From positions 96,001 through 160,000 of the IMG/VR virus record IMGVR_UViG_3300028827_000129: a stretch of 64,000 bases of DNA; one strand, given 5' to 3'. Position 1 is the stretch's first letter, and every line of letters begins with the position of its first letter. Origin of the DNA: a virus. Shown piece by piece: positions 1 through 7,896 of this stretch. The notes beneath the pieces are model-generated. The model had not been told where the DNA came from. It did not search any database and saw only the letters and a list, made by a program, of their open reading frames with translations. The position numbers were made by a program, and so were the translations under genes.

Positions 1-1
1 A

Positions 2-781
2 AGCGATGCAAAATTAAGCGCAGAACAGCGTAAAAAGTTAAAGGGTTCTACATTCTGCGGCCCTAATAGATCTTTTCCTGTTCCTGATTGCGCTCACGTA
101 ACTGCTGCGAAGCGTCTTTTAGGGAGATATAAAGGAAGCGGTTCTAAGTCTGCTATTCTTGCTTGCGTTGAAAGAAAGGCAAAGAAACTTGGATGTAATA
201 AAGATGCTGAAGAAGAAAAGAGTAACAATCAAGCTACTAATGAAACTAAAGTAACTGATAAAGAGCTTCTTGAGCAATTTAATGGTCTAGTTGAGCAATT
301 GAAAGAGCGCGGTATTTATAAGTGCCCAGAGTGTGAATCGCTCCAGAAGGATCTAGAAGATAAAAATAATGAGTTATTTGTTGTTAATTCAAGGAATACA
401 GTTCTTGAAGATGAGATTAACGCTGTAGAAGAAAGTTATGTTGAATTAAAAGATAAATTTAATGAATATAAAAAAGACGTGTTAAAGGTATACAAGAAGG
501 CTTTAGGAGAAGATGAGAGTATTACAGATAAAGAAGTTGAGGATTTAGATAACATTTTAGATAGCTATAAGGAGAAGATTAATAATCCTCAGTCAAAGAC
601 AGAAGATAAGGATTTCGAAAAAATAGAAGACCCGACTCTGAAAGATGACAACAACAGTGAAGACAAGAGTAAAGTTGCTGCAGTTAAAGACATTATGGAT
701 AAATATCATTTAATCCGTAGATTATATGGACTGAAGGCTGCTAGCGATTTTATTCAAAAATCGATCAAGAGTAACAAATAA
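2..781 (+). CDS. C-terminal part of a prohead scaffold/protease-type protein (5'-truncated by window edge)
   Basis: Frame is open from position 2 (SDAKLSAEQRKKLKGSTFCGPNRSFPVPDCAHVTAAKRLL...) through the tracked ORF 299-781. It has an acidic coiled-coil region and lies two genes upstream of the major capsid gene. Confidence 0.55.
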   Translation, partial: SDAKLSAEQRKKLKGSTFCGPNRSFPVPDCAHVTAAKRLLGRYKGSGSKSAILACVERKAKKLGCNKDAEEEKSNNQATNETKVTDKELLEQFNGLVEQLKERGIYKCPECESLQKDLEDKNNELFVVNSRNTVLEDEINAVEESYVELKDKFNEYKKDVLKVYKKALGEDESITDKEVEDLDNILDSYKEKINNPQSKTEDKDFEKIEDPTLKDDNNSEDKSKVAAVKDIMDKYHLIRRLYGLKAASDFIQKSIKSNK

Positions 782-805
782 TCTTGTTAGGAGGAGTTTA
801 AAGAA

Positions 806-1792
806 ATGGCTCAACAATATAATGCTAATTTTAAACCTTGGGACCACCAGGGAACATTAACTCCTAACCTCGAAGTAATGGAGGGTGTTCGGCCTGGTAT
901 TTATAAGGTGGCCGATTATCTTCCATTGGTTAGGTTTGATAAGTACTTTGAAGAGTTTTATGTAATTCACCGTGGTAAGGCAGTTGCTTTAGACCATGGC
1001 AACGCTATGGTTCCTGCTGGCCTGAAGGCCCAGATTGATTGGGCTGTAGATGGGGCTGGTGCTGCTATTATTCAGACTGGTTCTGATACAGCTGCAACGC
1101 AGGTAGCTAATCTTCGTGCAGCTGCTGCAGCTAATAATCTTACAGTTTACACTCAAACAGATGTTGATGAAGGTGTTGTCAATGCTGCCGGTAACGCTGT
1201 TGTTGCTGGAGAATGTGTTATTGAAAGCTTTTTGGACTTAGTAGACTCTCAGCCGCCAGCTCGCAGTTCTGTTCGTACAGTTTCAGAGGCTATCGGTGTC
1301 AATTTCCAGAATGCTTGGCGTTGGGTTGGTGGAGACGGTGTGAATCCTGCTAACTTCCGTCAGCATAACCACAATCTACAGCATGGCGTTGGCTTGCTGT
1401 GTGACTATGTTATTGAACTTCCTGCTGTGACAGATACTGATTATGCAAATGCCGCTATGACTGGTGTTGCTGCTGCTATTTACACTTCTGGGTCTCCGTT
1501 CAAGCCCGGAGATTTCTTGAAGTACGATTTCAATTCTAATTGGGTTAAGGCAGATCTTTCTGCTGATACTATTGGGAATATTTTAGGCCAGATTATTAAG
1601 GTTGACACTGACTTCCCGAAGGATTATCTTGATAGAGTTAAGACTGCTTATGATAATCTTGGCTCTACTGCAGCTCAGCGTGCCCTGAACCAAATGCCTG
1701 GTTCTGCTTCAAGCGGTATGCCTGATGCAATTAATTTCGCTGGCGGTTCATCCGCACCGACTCTGCTGTGGGTGAACTTGATCAACCGCTAA
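806..1792 (+). CDS. Capsid-associated (head decoration/cement) protein
   Basis: 328 aa, Ala/Gly-rich, AGGAG RBS, located between the scaffold and MCP genes. Function is inferred from position. Confidence 0.55.
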   Translation: MAQQYNANFKPWDHQGTLTPNLEVMEGVRPGIYKVADYLPLVRFDKYFEEFYVIHRGKAVALDHGNAMVPAGLKAQIDWAVDGAGAAIIQTGSDTAATQVANLRAAAAANNLTVYTQTDVDEGVVNAAGNAVVAGECVIESFLDLVDSQPPARSSVRTVSEAIGVNFQNAWRWVGGDGVNPANFRQHNHNLQHGVGLLCDYVIELPAVTDTDYANAAMTGVAAAIYTSGSPFKPGDFLKYDFNSNWVKADLSADTIGNILGQIIKVDTDFPKDYLDRVKTAYDNLGSTAAQRALNQMPGSASSGMPDAINFAGGSSAPTLLWVNLINR

Positions 1793-1824
1793 GCAAGATA
1801 TATCAAATAGGAGGAAAACATTCA

Positions 1825-3051
1825 ATGGAATTTAAAGATTTTCATGAATATGAGTATGTATGGCGTAGCGGTGGTCATACACCCGATGGCGATAAGGTTC
1901 CTATTACTGACGCCATTAACATCGCTAGCGCTCCTGAATATTTACCGAAAGTGATTTCAAATATTGTCAAAGAGGCTGTGGAGCCATTGCTGGTTGGCAC
2001 TAGCCTTTTACAGCGCATTAATTATAAGGCTGGACAAGTTATTTCTTTCCCTGCAACTGGTGCCTTGTCTGCAGCCGATATCCCAGAGGGTGGTGAGTAC
2101 CCAGAAACTCAACTGAACATCGCTGGTGGGACAGTTGTGGCTAACATCGGGAAGAGCGGTATTGCAGTGAAAGTTACAGAAGAAATGATCCGCTATTCTC
2201 AGTATGATGTGATTGCTATGCATCTGCGTGCAGCAGGTCGTGCATTAGCTCGCCATAAGGAAAAGAAGATTTTTGATTACATTACATCCATGGGAACTGT
2301 CTGCTTCGATAATGATAATATTTCTAATGGTATTTTTGGTCGGCCTACAACTGGTCGTGGTTTTGACGGTTCAGCTAATGGTTCTATTACAATGGATGAC
2401 ATTTTTGATACTTATGGTCAGATTGTGGCCCAGGGCTTTATTCCTGATACTCTGATTATGCATCCTCTTACTTGGACAATGTTTGTTAAGGACCCCACCC
2501 TTCGTGCTTTTGCAATGCAGGCAGGAGGCGGGACAATGTTTGCTAGCTACTCTGGTAATCCTGCTGGCAGAACTCCTTGGGATAATATGGGCGGTCTTGG
2601 TATGGGCACTGGTCAGAATGTGACTCCAAGCTCTCCTGTGAATGAGTATTCACAGACAATCACTTCTGCTCCTCAGCTGCCTAGCTATCTACCAACTCCT
2701 TTCCGGATTATTGTGTCACCTTTTGTGCCTTATAATCCTACTGGCGGGCCTAATTCCAGCCCTGTTACTGATATTTATATGGTTGATAGCCGCGAAGTTG
2801 GTGCTCTTATTGTTGACGAGGATGTGACAACTGACGAATGGAATGATCCTTCTGTGGATATCCGCAAAATTAAGCTTCGTGAGCGTTATGGCATTGCTAT
2901 TCTTAACGAGGGGCAGGCCATTGGAGTGATCAAGAATGTTGTTAATGTCCAGAATCATTGGGATTCTGGCCCGGCACAGAAGACTGGCGGTGTCCAGCTT
3001 GCTGCTGGTGAGATTTCTGAGATCAACGCTTCTACTGGCGATATCTTCTAA
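1825..3051 (+). CDS. Major capsid protein (HK97 fold)
   Basis: ATG 1825 follows AGGAGG. Motifs DIPEGGEYPE, KSGIAVKVTEEMIRYSQYDVI, AGRALARHKE and IKLRERYGIAIL are typical of HK97-type capsids. A strong hairpin follows the gene. Confidence 0.9.
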   Translation: MEFKDFHEYEYVWRSGGHTPDGDKVPITDAINIASAPEYLPKVISNIVKEAVEPLLVGTSLLQRINYKAGQVISFPATGALSAADIPEGGEYPETQLNIAGGTVVANIGKSGIAVKVTEEMIRYSQYDVIAMHLRAAGRALARHKEKKIFDYITSMGTVCFDNDNISNGIFGRPTTGRGFDGSANGSITMDDIFDTYGQIVAQGFIPDTLIMHPLTWTMFVKDPTLRAFAMQAGGGTMFASYSGNPAGRTPWDNMGGLGMGTGQNVTPSSPVNEYSQTITSAPQLPSYLPTPFRIIVSPFVPYNPTGGPNSSPVTDIYMVDSREVGALIVDEDVTTDEWNDPSVDIRKIKLRERYGIAILNEGQAIGVIKNVVNVQNHWDSGPAQKTGGVQLAAGEISEINASTGDIF

Positions 3052-3073
3052 AGATACGGCTACTGCATATAAC

Positions 3074-3101
3074 AAAGGGCGAGGGGCAACCCTCGCCCTT
3101 T
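3074..3101 (+). terminator. GCAA-tetraloop hairpin after MCP (intrinsic terminator or mRNA stabiliser)
   Basis: AAAGGGCGAGGG-GCAA-CCCTCGCCCTTT is a perfect 12-bp inverted repeat with only a short U tract. Confidence 0.8.
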
Positions 3102-3115
3102 AACGAGAGGTAACT

Positions 3116-3304
3116 GTGGAAGTAAAAGTAGAGAACGGGAACGTAGATAAAGCATTAAGGAAGTTGGCTAAGAAATTAGATAAAGACGGTCTTTTCAGAG
3201 ATTTGGCTGACCGGATAAAATATCCTACTGTCAAAGAAAGGAGACGTCTAAAGAAACGTCGAGCTGCTTTAAAGCAAAAATATCGCAAAACTATAGAAGA
3301 TTGA
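3116..3304 (+). CDS. rpsU: Phage-encoded 30S ribosomal protein bS21
   Basis: 62-aa basic protein MEVKVENGNVDKALRKLAKKLDKDGLFRDL...KERRRLKKRRA matches the bS21 pattern. GTG start with GAGG RBS. Confidence 0.88.
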   Translation: MEVKVENGNVDKALRKLAKKLDKDGLFRDLADRIKYPTVKERRRLKKRRAALKQKYRKTIED

Positions 3305-3312
3305 GGTCTACT

Positions 3313-3753
3313 ATGAAAATTAAATTAAAGCCTAATTGTCCAGCTTGGGGGTTATTAGATCAAGATGGCAAGAAGGCTATCTTTTTTTTAAATCGCAGAA
3401 ACCCTGAAGTTGAAATTGATTATTTTTCTTTACCAGAACATTTGAGAGGTGTAATCAATAGAGGTGTGGCTTTAGATTTTATTGAAGTTAGTGAAGAGCC
3501 AAAGGTAGAAGTTGTAGAGCCTGAAAAAGTTGAAACTGTTAAAGACGACCGCGTGATTAAACCAGCTGAATTAAATAGACGGGCCAAGGATTTATTGCGT
3601 GGTAATATTACTAAAATTCGCAAGAATATTAAGGACGAAACTCTTACTTGCACGATTGTAAAAAGAGCGCTTTATTTAGAAAAATCTAGAAAGAAGCCTC
3701 GTAAGATGGTTGTTAGTGTTTTAAGCGGATGGTTAGAAAAAAATGAATGTTAG
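3313..3753 (+). CDS. Hypothetical protein (head-gene region)
   Basis: ATG 3313 follows GAGGT. Basic C-terminal helical motif LEKSRKKPRKMVVSVL. Confidence 0.6.
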   Translation: MKIKLKPNCPAWGLLDQDGKKAIFFLNRRNPEVEIDYFSLPEHLRGVINRGVALDFIEVSEEPKVEVVEPEKVETVKDDRVIKPAELNRRAKDLLRGNITKIRKNIKDETLTCTIVKRALYLEKSRKKPRKMVVSVLSGWLEKNEC

Positions 3754-4642
3754 TTTTTTTTATCCATCAGATGGAACTACTGGTGTGCCGATTGGAGAGA
3801 CTATTTATGCAGACTTTGACGCTATAGTTGATCCAGGATCAATTAATGCTTCAACCTTTATTGTTGTAGATACTTCTGATAATAATCGTGTGGTTGAGGG
3901 TTCATATGATATTACAGATACATCGTCTGGAAGTAGAGTATCATTCACCCCATCTTTTGATTATAATTCATTAACTACATACAAAATAATTTTATCAAAA
4001 TATATTACTGCTGATACATTAATTAATTTTACAGGAGATGCGTCTAAAGTTTCTTTTAGTGGGCCTTATTTGGGGTCTTCTGCTGATACGTATCATATTA
4101 CCATAGCTGATCCTGGAGGTGCCGTCGGCGAAGCTCAATTCACGTGGTATAAAGCTTCGGCTCCATTGACGATAGAAGGTCCATTTACTGCAGATGGAAC
4201 TGTCATTTTAGATTCAGGCATTGTAGTAAATTTTTGGGGTGGGACTTTAGCTTCAGGAGAAACTTTTTCTATAGATGTTATCCCTGCCGATTATTTACCC
4301 CAAACTTATTCTTGGACATTTACAACGGGTTCTGGGGATGCAACATCTGCTCCTCCAGCGCCATCTACATCTATTTCTAATGTTGATGCGATTGTCAGTA
4401 AGTTATTGTCGGTTATTAATATTACACCAGAGTTTGGGTCTTATAACGTAGTCCCTAGTAGCAATGGTACTTTAGATATAAGAATAAAATTATCTGATGA
4501 CATAGACCAAGCAACAGTCAATAGTGATAATATTTCTATTTCAGTAAAAGACATTGAAACTGGTGTAATAAAGACTGCTACCTTTACGCTTTCTGTAGAG
4601 AACAATGATACAATTTTAATTAGTATTTCTGATATCAGTTGA
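3743..4642 (+). CDS. Ig-like (Big_5-type) domain virion protein
   Basis: N-terminal YPSDGTTGVPIGETIYADFD..VDPGSINASTF closed by YSWTFTT, plus a second C-terminal Ig-like unit (ITPEFGSYNV...LSDDIDQATVN). Confidence 0.7.
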   Translation: MNVSFFYPSDGTTGVPIGETIYADFDAIVDPGSINASTFIVVDTSDNNRVVEGSYDITDTSSGSRVSFTPSFDYNSLTTYKIILSKYITADTLINFTGDASKVSFSGPYLGSSADTYHITIADPGGAVGEAQFTWYKASAPLTIEGPFTADGTVILDSGIVVNFWGGTLASGETFSIDVIPADYLPQTYSWTFTTGSGDATSAPPAPSTSISNVDAIVSKLLSVINITPEFGSYNVVPSSNGTLDIRIKLSDDIDQATVNSDNISISVKDIETGVIKTATFTLSVENNDTILISISDIS

Positions 4643-4650
4643 GGTGTTTT

Positions 4651-5025
4651 ATGGGTGATTTGACGGTTAATTTTTCACGTAAAGAATTTGCATGTAAATG
4701 CGGCTGCGGTGCTGATCATATAGATCTTGGGTTAGTGTATAGGCTACAAGCAGCTAGGTTTATTGCTGGTGTTCCATTTGTAATTAATTCTGGCGTTAGA
4801 TGTAAAGAACATAATTCAGCATTTAGTTCTCCTACTAGTTCTCATATTCCTGGGTATGCTGTGGATATTGCCTGCAATGAAAGTCGCAGTAGATTCAAAA
4901 TTATAGATGCTCTTTTAAAAGCTGGATTTGAAAGGATAGGTATTCGTCACGATTTTATTCATGCTGATGTTGACCCAGAGAAACCAGCGGAGGTAATGTG
5001 GGACTATAACAGAAAGGAGAAATAA
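4651..5025 (+). CDS. Peptidase M15A family Zn-peptidase (probable endolysin)
   Basis: NFSRKEFACKCGCG, INSGVRCKEHN, SSHIPGYAVDI (H-x6-D) and FIHADV. ATG 4651 follows GAGGTG. Confidence 0.88.
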   Translation: MGDLTVNFSRKEFACKCGCGADHIDLGLVYRLQAARFIAGVPFVINSGVRCKEHNSAFSSPTSSHIPGYAVDIACNESRSRFKIIDALLKAGFERIGIRHDFIHADVDPEKPAEVMWDYNRKEK

Positions 5026-5029
5026 TAAG

Positions 5030-5314
5030 ATGACAAAGCAACTTGAATATATAATGAAAGCAGTTTTACTCTTTAAAAATATTTCTGAAGAAGCAGAATT
5101 TAAGGATAAAGAAAAGCCGTTATGGCTTCGGCGTCGTGTATTAGGTAGCATTGTTGGTTTATTCGGAGTTGTCTCTGTTGCCTTTTTTGGCAGGGAAATT
5201 TCTCCAGAGGTGATATCAAGTTTAACCAATAATCTAGAAGTTGTTGTTGGTGGCGTTGTGGCCATTTGGGGGACTGTACTCACAATAGTTGGGCATACTA
5301 ATAAGAAGGAATAA
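5030..5314 (+). CDS. Probable holin
   Basis: 94 aa with two hydrophobic segments (VLGSIVGLFGVVSVAFF; VVVGGVVAIWGTVLTIVG) and a charged C-terminus, adjacent to the endolysin. Confidence 0.65.
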   Translation: MTKQLEYIMKAVLLFKNISEEAEFKDKEKPLWLRRRVLGSIVGLFGVVSVAFFGREISPEVISSLTNNLEVVVGGVVAIWGTVLTIVGHTNKKE

Positions 5315-5319
5315 TACAA

Positions 5320-5853
5320 ATGGCTTTGGGGTATTCTATCAGCAAGCCAATAGTTTTTTATAAGGCATTTTGGGAAGGTTTAACGAATTTTGTTTTAGAC
5401 GGTTATCCTATAGACCTTGGCAAAGATAAAATATTTTGCATGCTTTTAACCAGCGATTATGAGCCTAGTGTCGAGAACCATCAGTATTTACTTGACGTAA
5501 GTAATTATGAAGTCAATACAAGTTCTCGATATTCAGAAGGCGGCTTCTTGATGAGAATATACCCAGTTATTTATGATGGTAAAGATTCTAAGACAGGTGA
5601 CACTGTTTCAAATATACTGTGGAAAGCTAGTCCAATAGTTTTTTACCCCGTAGAGCAAGGAGACGAAGCAAACGCTTTTGACAATGCAAGGTTTGCTATT
5701 TTGTATAAAGAGGTCAGAGATCAATCTGGATCTCTGTTAACCGCTAGTTCACCTCTTATAGGTTATTTGGATTTTGGTTATGAATATACTAACCTTAATG
5801 CTGTATTGAGGGTTGACTTTGAAGATAGTGGGTTTTTAAAGATCTCTAGGTGA
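5320..5853 (+). CDS. Phage virion-type protein of unknown function
   Basis: Pattern MLLTSDYEP..HQYLLDVSNYEV...YSEGG...ARFAILYK...SPLIGYLDFG, distantly similar to the small proteins at 62692-64000. Confidence 0.5.
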   Translation: MALGYSISKPIVFYKAFWEGLTNFVLDGYPIDLGKDKIFCMLLTSDYEPSVENHQYLLDVSNYEVNTSSRYSEGGFLMRIYPVIYDGKDSKTGDTVSNILWKASPIVFYPVEQGDEANAFDNARFAILYKEVRDQSGSLLTASSPLIGYLDFGYEYTNLNAVLRVDFEDSGFLKISR

Positions 5854-5947
5854 GAAAAGAATATTTAGGGGGCGTATTTTTTTGTTTTTTATATTTGTTC
5901 ATGTCGTAAGTTTGGTCCCCTGACTCCGACATGATAAATGAAGATTT

Positions 5948-5975
5948 AAAGCCCCTCTTACAAGAGGGGTTTTTT
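5948..5975 (+). terminator. Intrinsic terminator ending the head/lysis transcript
   Basis: AAAGCCCCTCT-TACA-AGAGGGGTTT followed by further T's. Confidence 0.8.
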
Positions 5976-5996
5976 GTGTCGGGTTTTTATAGTATT

Positions 5997-6006
5997 CTAT
6001 AATATA
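5997..6006 (+). promoter_or_regulatory. CTATAATATA motif (candidate late promoter)
   Basis: Intergenic, about 20 nt before the neck gene. Identical copies at 24922, 35339 and 51604. Confidence 0.55.
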
Positions 6007-6028
6007 ATATGACTGGAGATTTACTACC

Positions 6029-6715
6029 TTGAGTATACTAGAAGCGAAAATAGGTTCTTATTCTGCAAATGGGACAACTGAAGATGATCCCTTTAAGAAT
6101 TTAGTCATAGAAGTAGAAATAAAGAATATTAAAAATTCTGAAGGGTTTGTATATCCTGAAGTAAAGACAGTTTTTTTAACTGGGTTATACCCATATTACG
6201 GTAATGCAGAAAAGGTAATGTCAGATATTGGTTCACAACGTTCTGACGTTACGTATGCTGATGTCGCTAAGTTTATTTTTGACAATAGTGCATATGCTCT
6301 ATATCAATTTAGAGCAGAGCAGATTACTGATGATTATTTAAAATTTGCTTTGAAGCAATGGGTTAATTGTAAGACTGCATATGATTTATTAATTTATGGC
6401 AATTCGTTTTCTAATAAAATTTTTAAATCATTAGCAGATTTTTCTGTTTCTAAAGCAATTGGTACAGGTGGAGGCAATATTGCAGGAGATTTAGCAGAGA
6501 GATTACTTGATTGCATAAATAAATGGGCCGATGTATTATTATTTAAGGTTGCAGATGCAAATACTGGTTTTGCTACTGCAGTAAGATCTAAGGATGCTAT
6601 AGAAAGTGCTGGTATAGGCAGGACTTATATTATGAATCCAACTCACCCTGGTGCCAATACAAAAATCGTTGTTAAAAAGCGTAGATATGGTAGGACATAT
6701 CAGAGACGTTTTTAG
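6029..6715 (+). CDS. Putative head-tail connector/neck protein
   Basis: TTG start with GGAG RBS. First gene of the block preceding the sheath; function from position. Confidence 0.5.
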   Translation: MSILEAKIGSYSANGTTEDDPFKNLVIEVEIKNIKNSEGFVYPEVKTVFLTGLYPYYGNAEKVMSDIGSQRSDVTYADVAKFIFDNSAYALYQFRAEQITDDYLKFALKQWVNCKTAYDLLIYGNSFSNKIFKSLADFSVSKAIGTGGGNIAGDLAERLLDCINKWADVLLFKVADANTGFATAVRSKDAIESAGIGRTYIMNPTHPGANTKIVVKKRRYGRTYQRRF

Positions 6716-6717
6716 AT

Positions 6718-7215
6718 ATGGATATTAGAAAAGAATTTAATGAATTAATGGATGAGATTGCTCATCTAGTAATATATCGCCGTTTTAGAAGAAATAATAA
6801 TGGGAAAAGAATAAGATGTGTGTGCTTTAGCGATCTTACGAGAGAAGGTGATAAAGATACAGGATGTCCATATTGTAATGGTGAAGGTTATTTATATGAT
6901 GAAGAATGGGCTCATGCTTATGATGTCCTAGCAACGAGTGGTCAGAAGGCTAAGGATCCAAGATTTTTTTTAGAGGCAGGTGTTTTGACTAAGCCTTACA
7001 AAACATATTATTTTAAATATAATTTTAATCCTGTCAGAAATGATGTTATTTTAGAAGTTAATTTAGACAGCGATGGTGTCCCAGTAAATCCTGTGCAAAT
7101 TGTTGAAACACATGATATTGTCTTGACAGACCCTGTTAGAGGCAAGAACGGACGGATAGAATACTGGAGATGTTTTGTTAGAGGTTATGGGGATGCCTTA
7201 AATAGCGCATTATGA
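6718..7215 (+). CDS. Putative head-closure/neck protein with Cys cluster
   Basis: RCVC...CPYCNGEGY motif, in the position typical of myovirus neck genes. Confidence 0.55.
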   Translation: MDIRKEFNELMDEIAHLVIYRRFRRNNNGKRIRCVCFSDLTREGDKDTGCPYCNGEGYLYDEEWAHAYDVLATSGQKAKDPRFFLEAGVLTKPYKTYYFKYNFNPVRNDVILEVNLDSDGVPVNPVQIVETHDIVLTDPVRGKNGRIEYWRCFVRGYGDALNSAL

Positions 7216-7889
7216 TTCATAATATTTCAAAAACATTAAAGGAAAGTGCTAGACATAACTTGGGGATAGAAGTAATAACCCAATATATTGCTAGTAAGCT
7301 AGATGTCAGCAACCAAGAAAAAAGATCTGGGGATATTGATAAATTTTATGAACTATTAAAGGAGATCGTTAAAGAAAAGCAAATAGATGAAAATATTAAA
7401 ACCCCGATAGAAATTATAGAAGCTGTAAACCCTGAAGAATTTAATGGTGAAATAATAACATTTCATTTGAAATCAAGACGACCTGGGGTATTTGGCAAAG
7501 GCGAGCCAATGAGCGATGTGCCGCCAAAAGCTTATCGTGCTGTTTATAGAGGTAGCGAGCCGGACAAGGTGAACCCAGGTTACAGTAAGATGACTTTTAG
7601 TTTATTTTATGATAATATTATAGAAATAACATGTTGGGCTGGGACGAATAAACAAGCAAATTATAGAGCTTTATGGTTTGAAGAGTTAATGAATGAATAT
7701 ATTTGGCTTTTTAAACTAAATGGGTTGATTCAGGTTTTATATTTAGGGAGAGAAGAGGATGTTACTGAGTCGGGTATGGGTATACATGGCAGGCCTCTTC
7801 GGTATTATGTCAGAAGCGAGAGAATATTCTCAGTTTCTGAAAAGAATGTCGATAAGTATATTTTAAAATTAAAACCAATGAAGGAGTGA
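7212..7889 (+). CDS. Putative tail terminator/completion protein
   Basis: Directly upstream of the sheath; YDNIIEITCWAGTNKQANYRALWFEELM. Confidence 0.5.
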   Translation: MIHNISKTLKESARHNLGIEVITQYIASKLDVSNQEKRSGDIDKFYELLKEIVKEKQIDENIKTPIEIIEAVNPEEFNGEIITFHLKSRRPGVFGKGEPMSDVPPKAYRAVYRGSEPDKVNPGYSKMTFSLFYDNIIEITCWAGTNKQANYRALWFEELMNEYIWLFKLNGLIQVLYLGREEDVTESGMGIHGRPLRYYVRSERIFSVSEKNVDKYILKLKPMKE

Positions 7890-7896
7890 ATAAGTA

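Noticed and set aside
1768-1824. Tracked upstream starts for the MCP (1768), primase (54434) and the 58038 ORF
   Set aside because: Downstream ATGs (1825, 54491, 58203) have SD-like sequences and avoid long overlaps or promoter regions.
5846-5932. 28-codon minus-strand ORF in the intergenic gap
   Set aside because: No RBS, low-complexity product, and opposite to all other genes.
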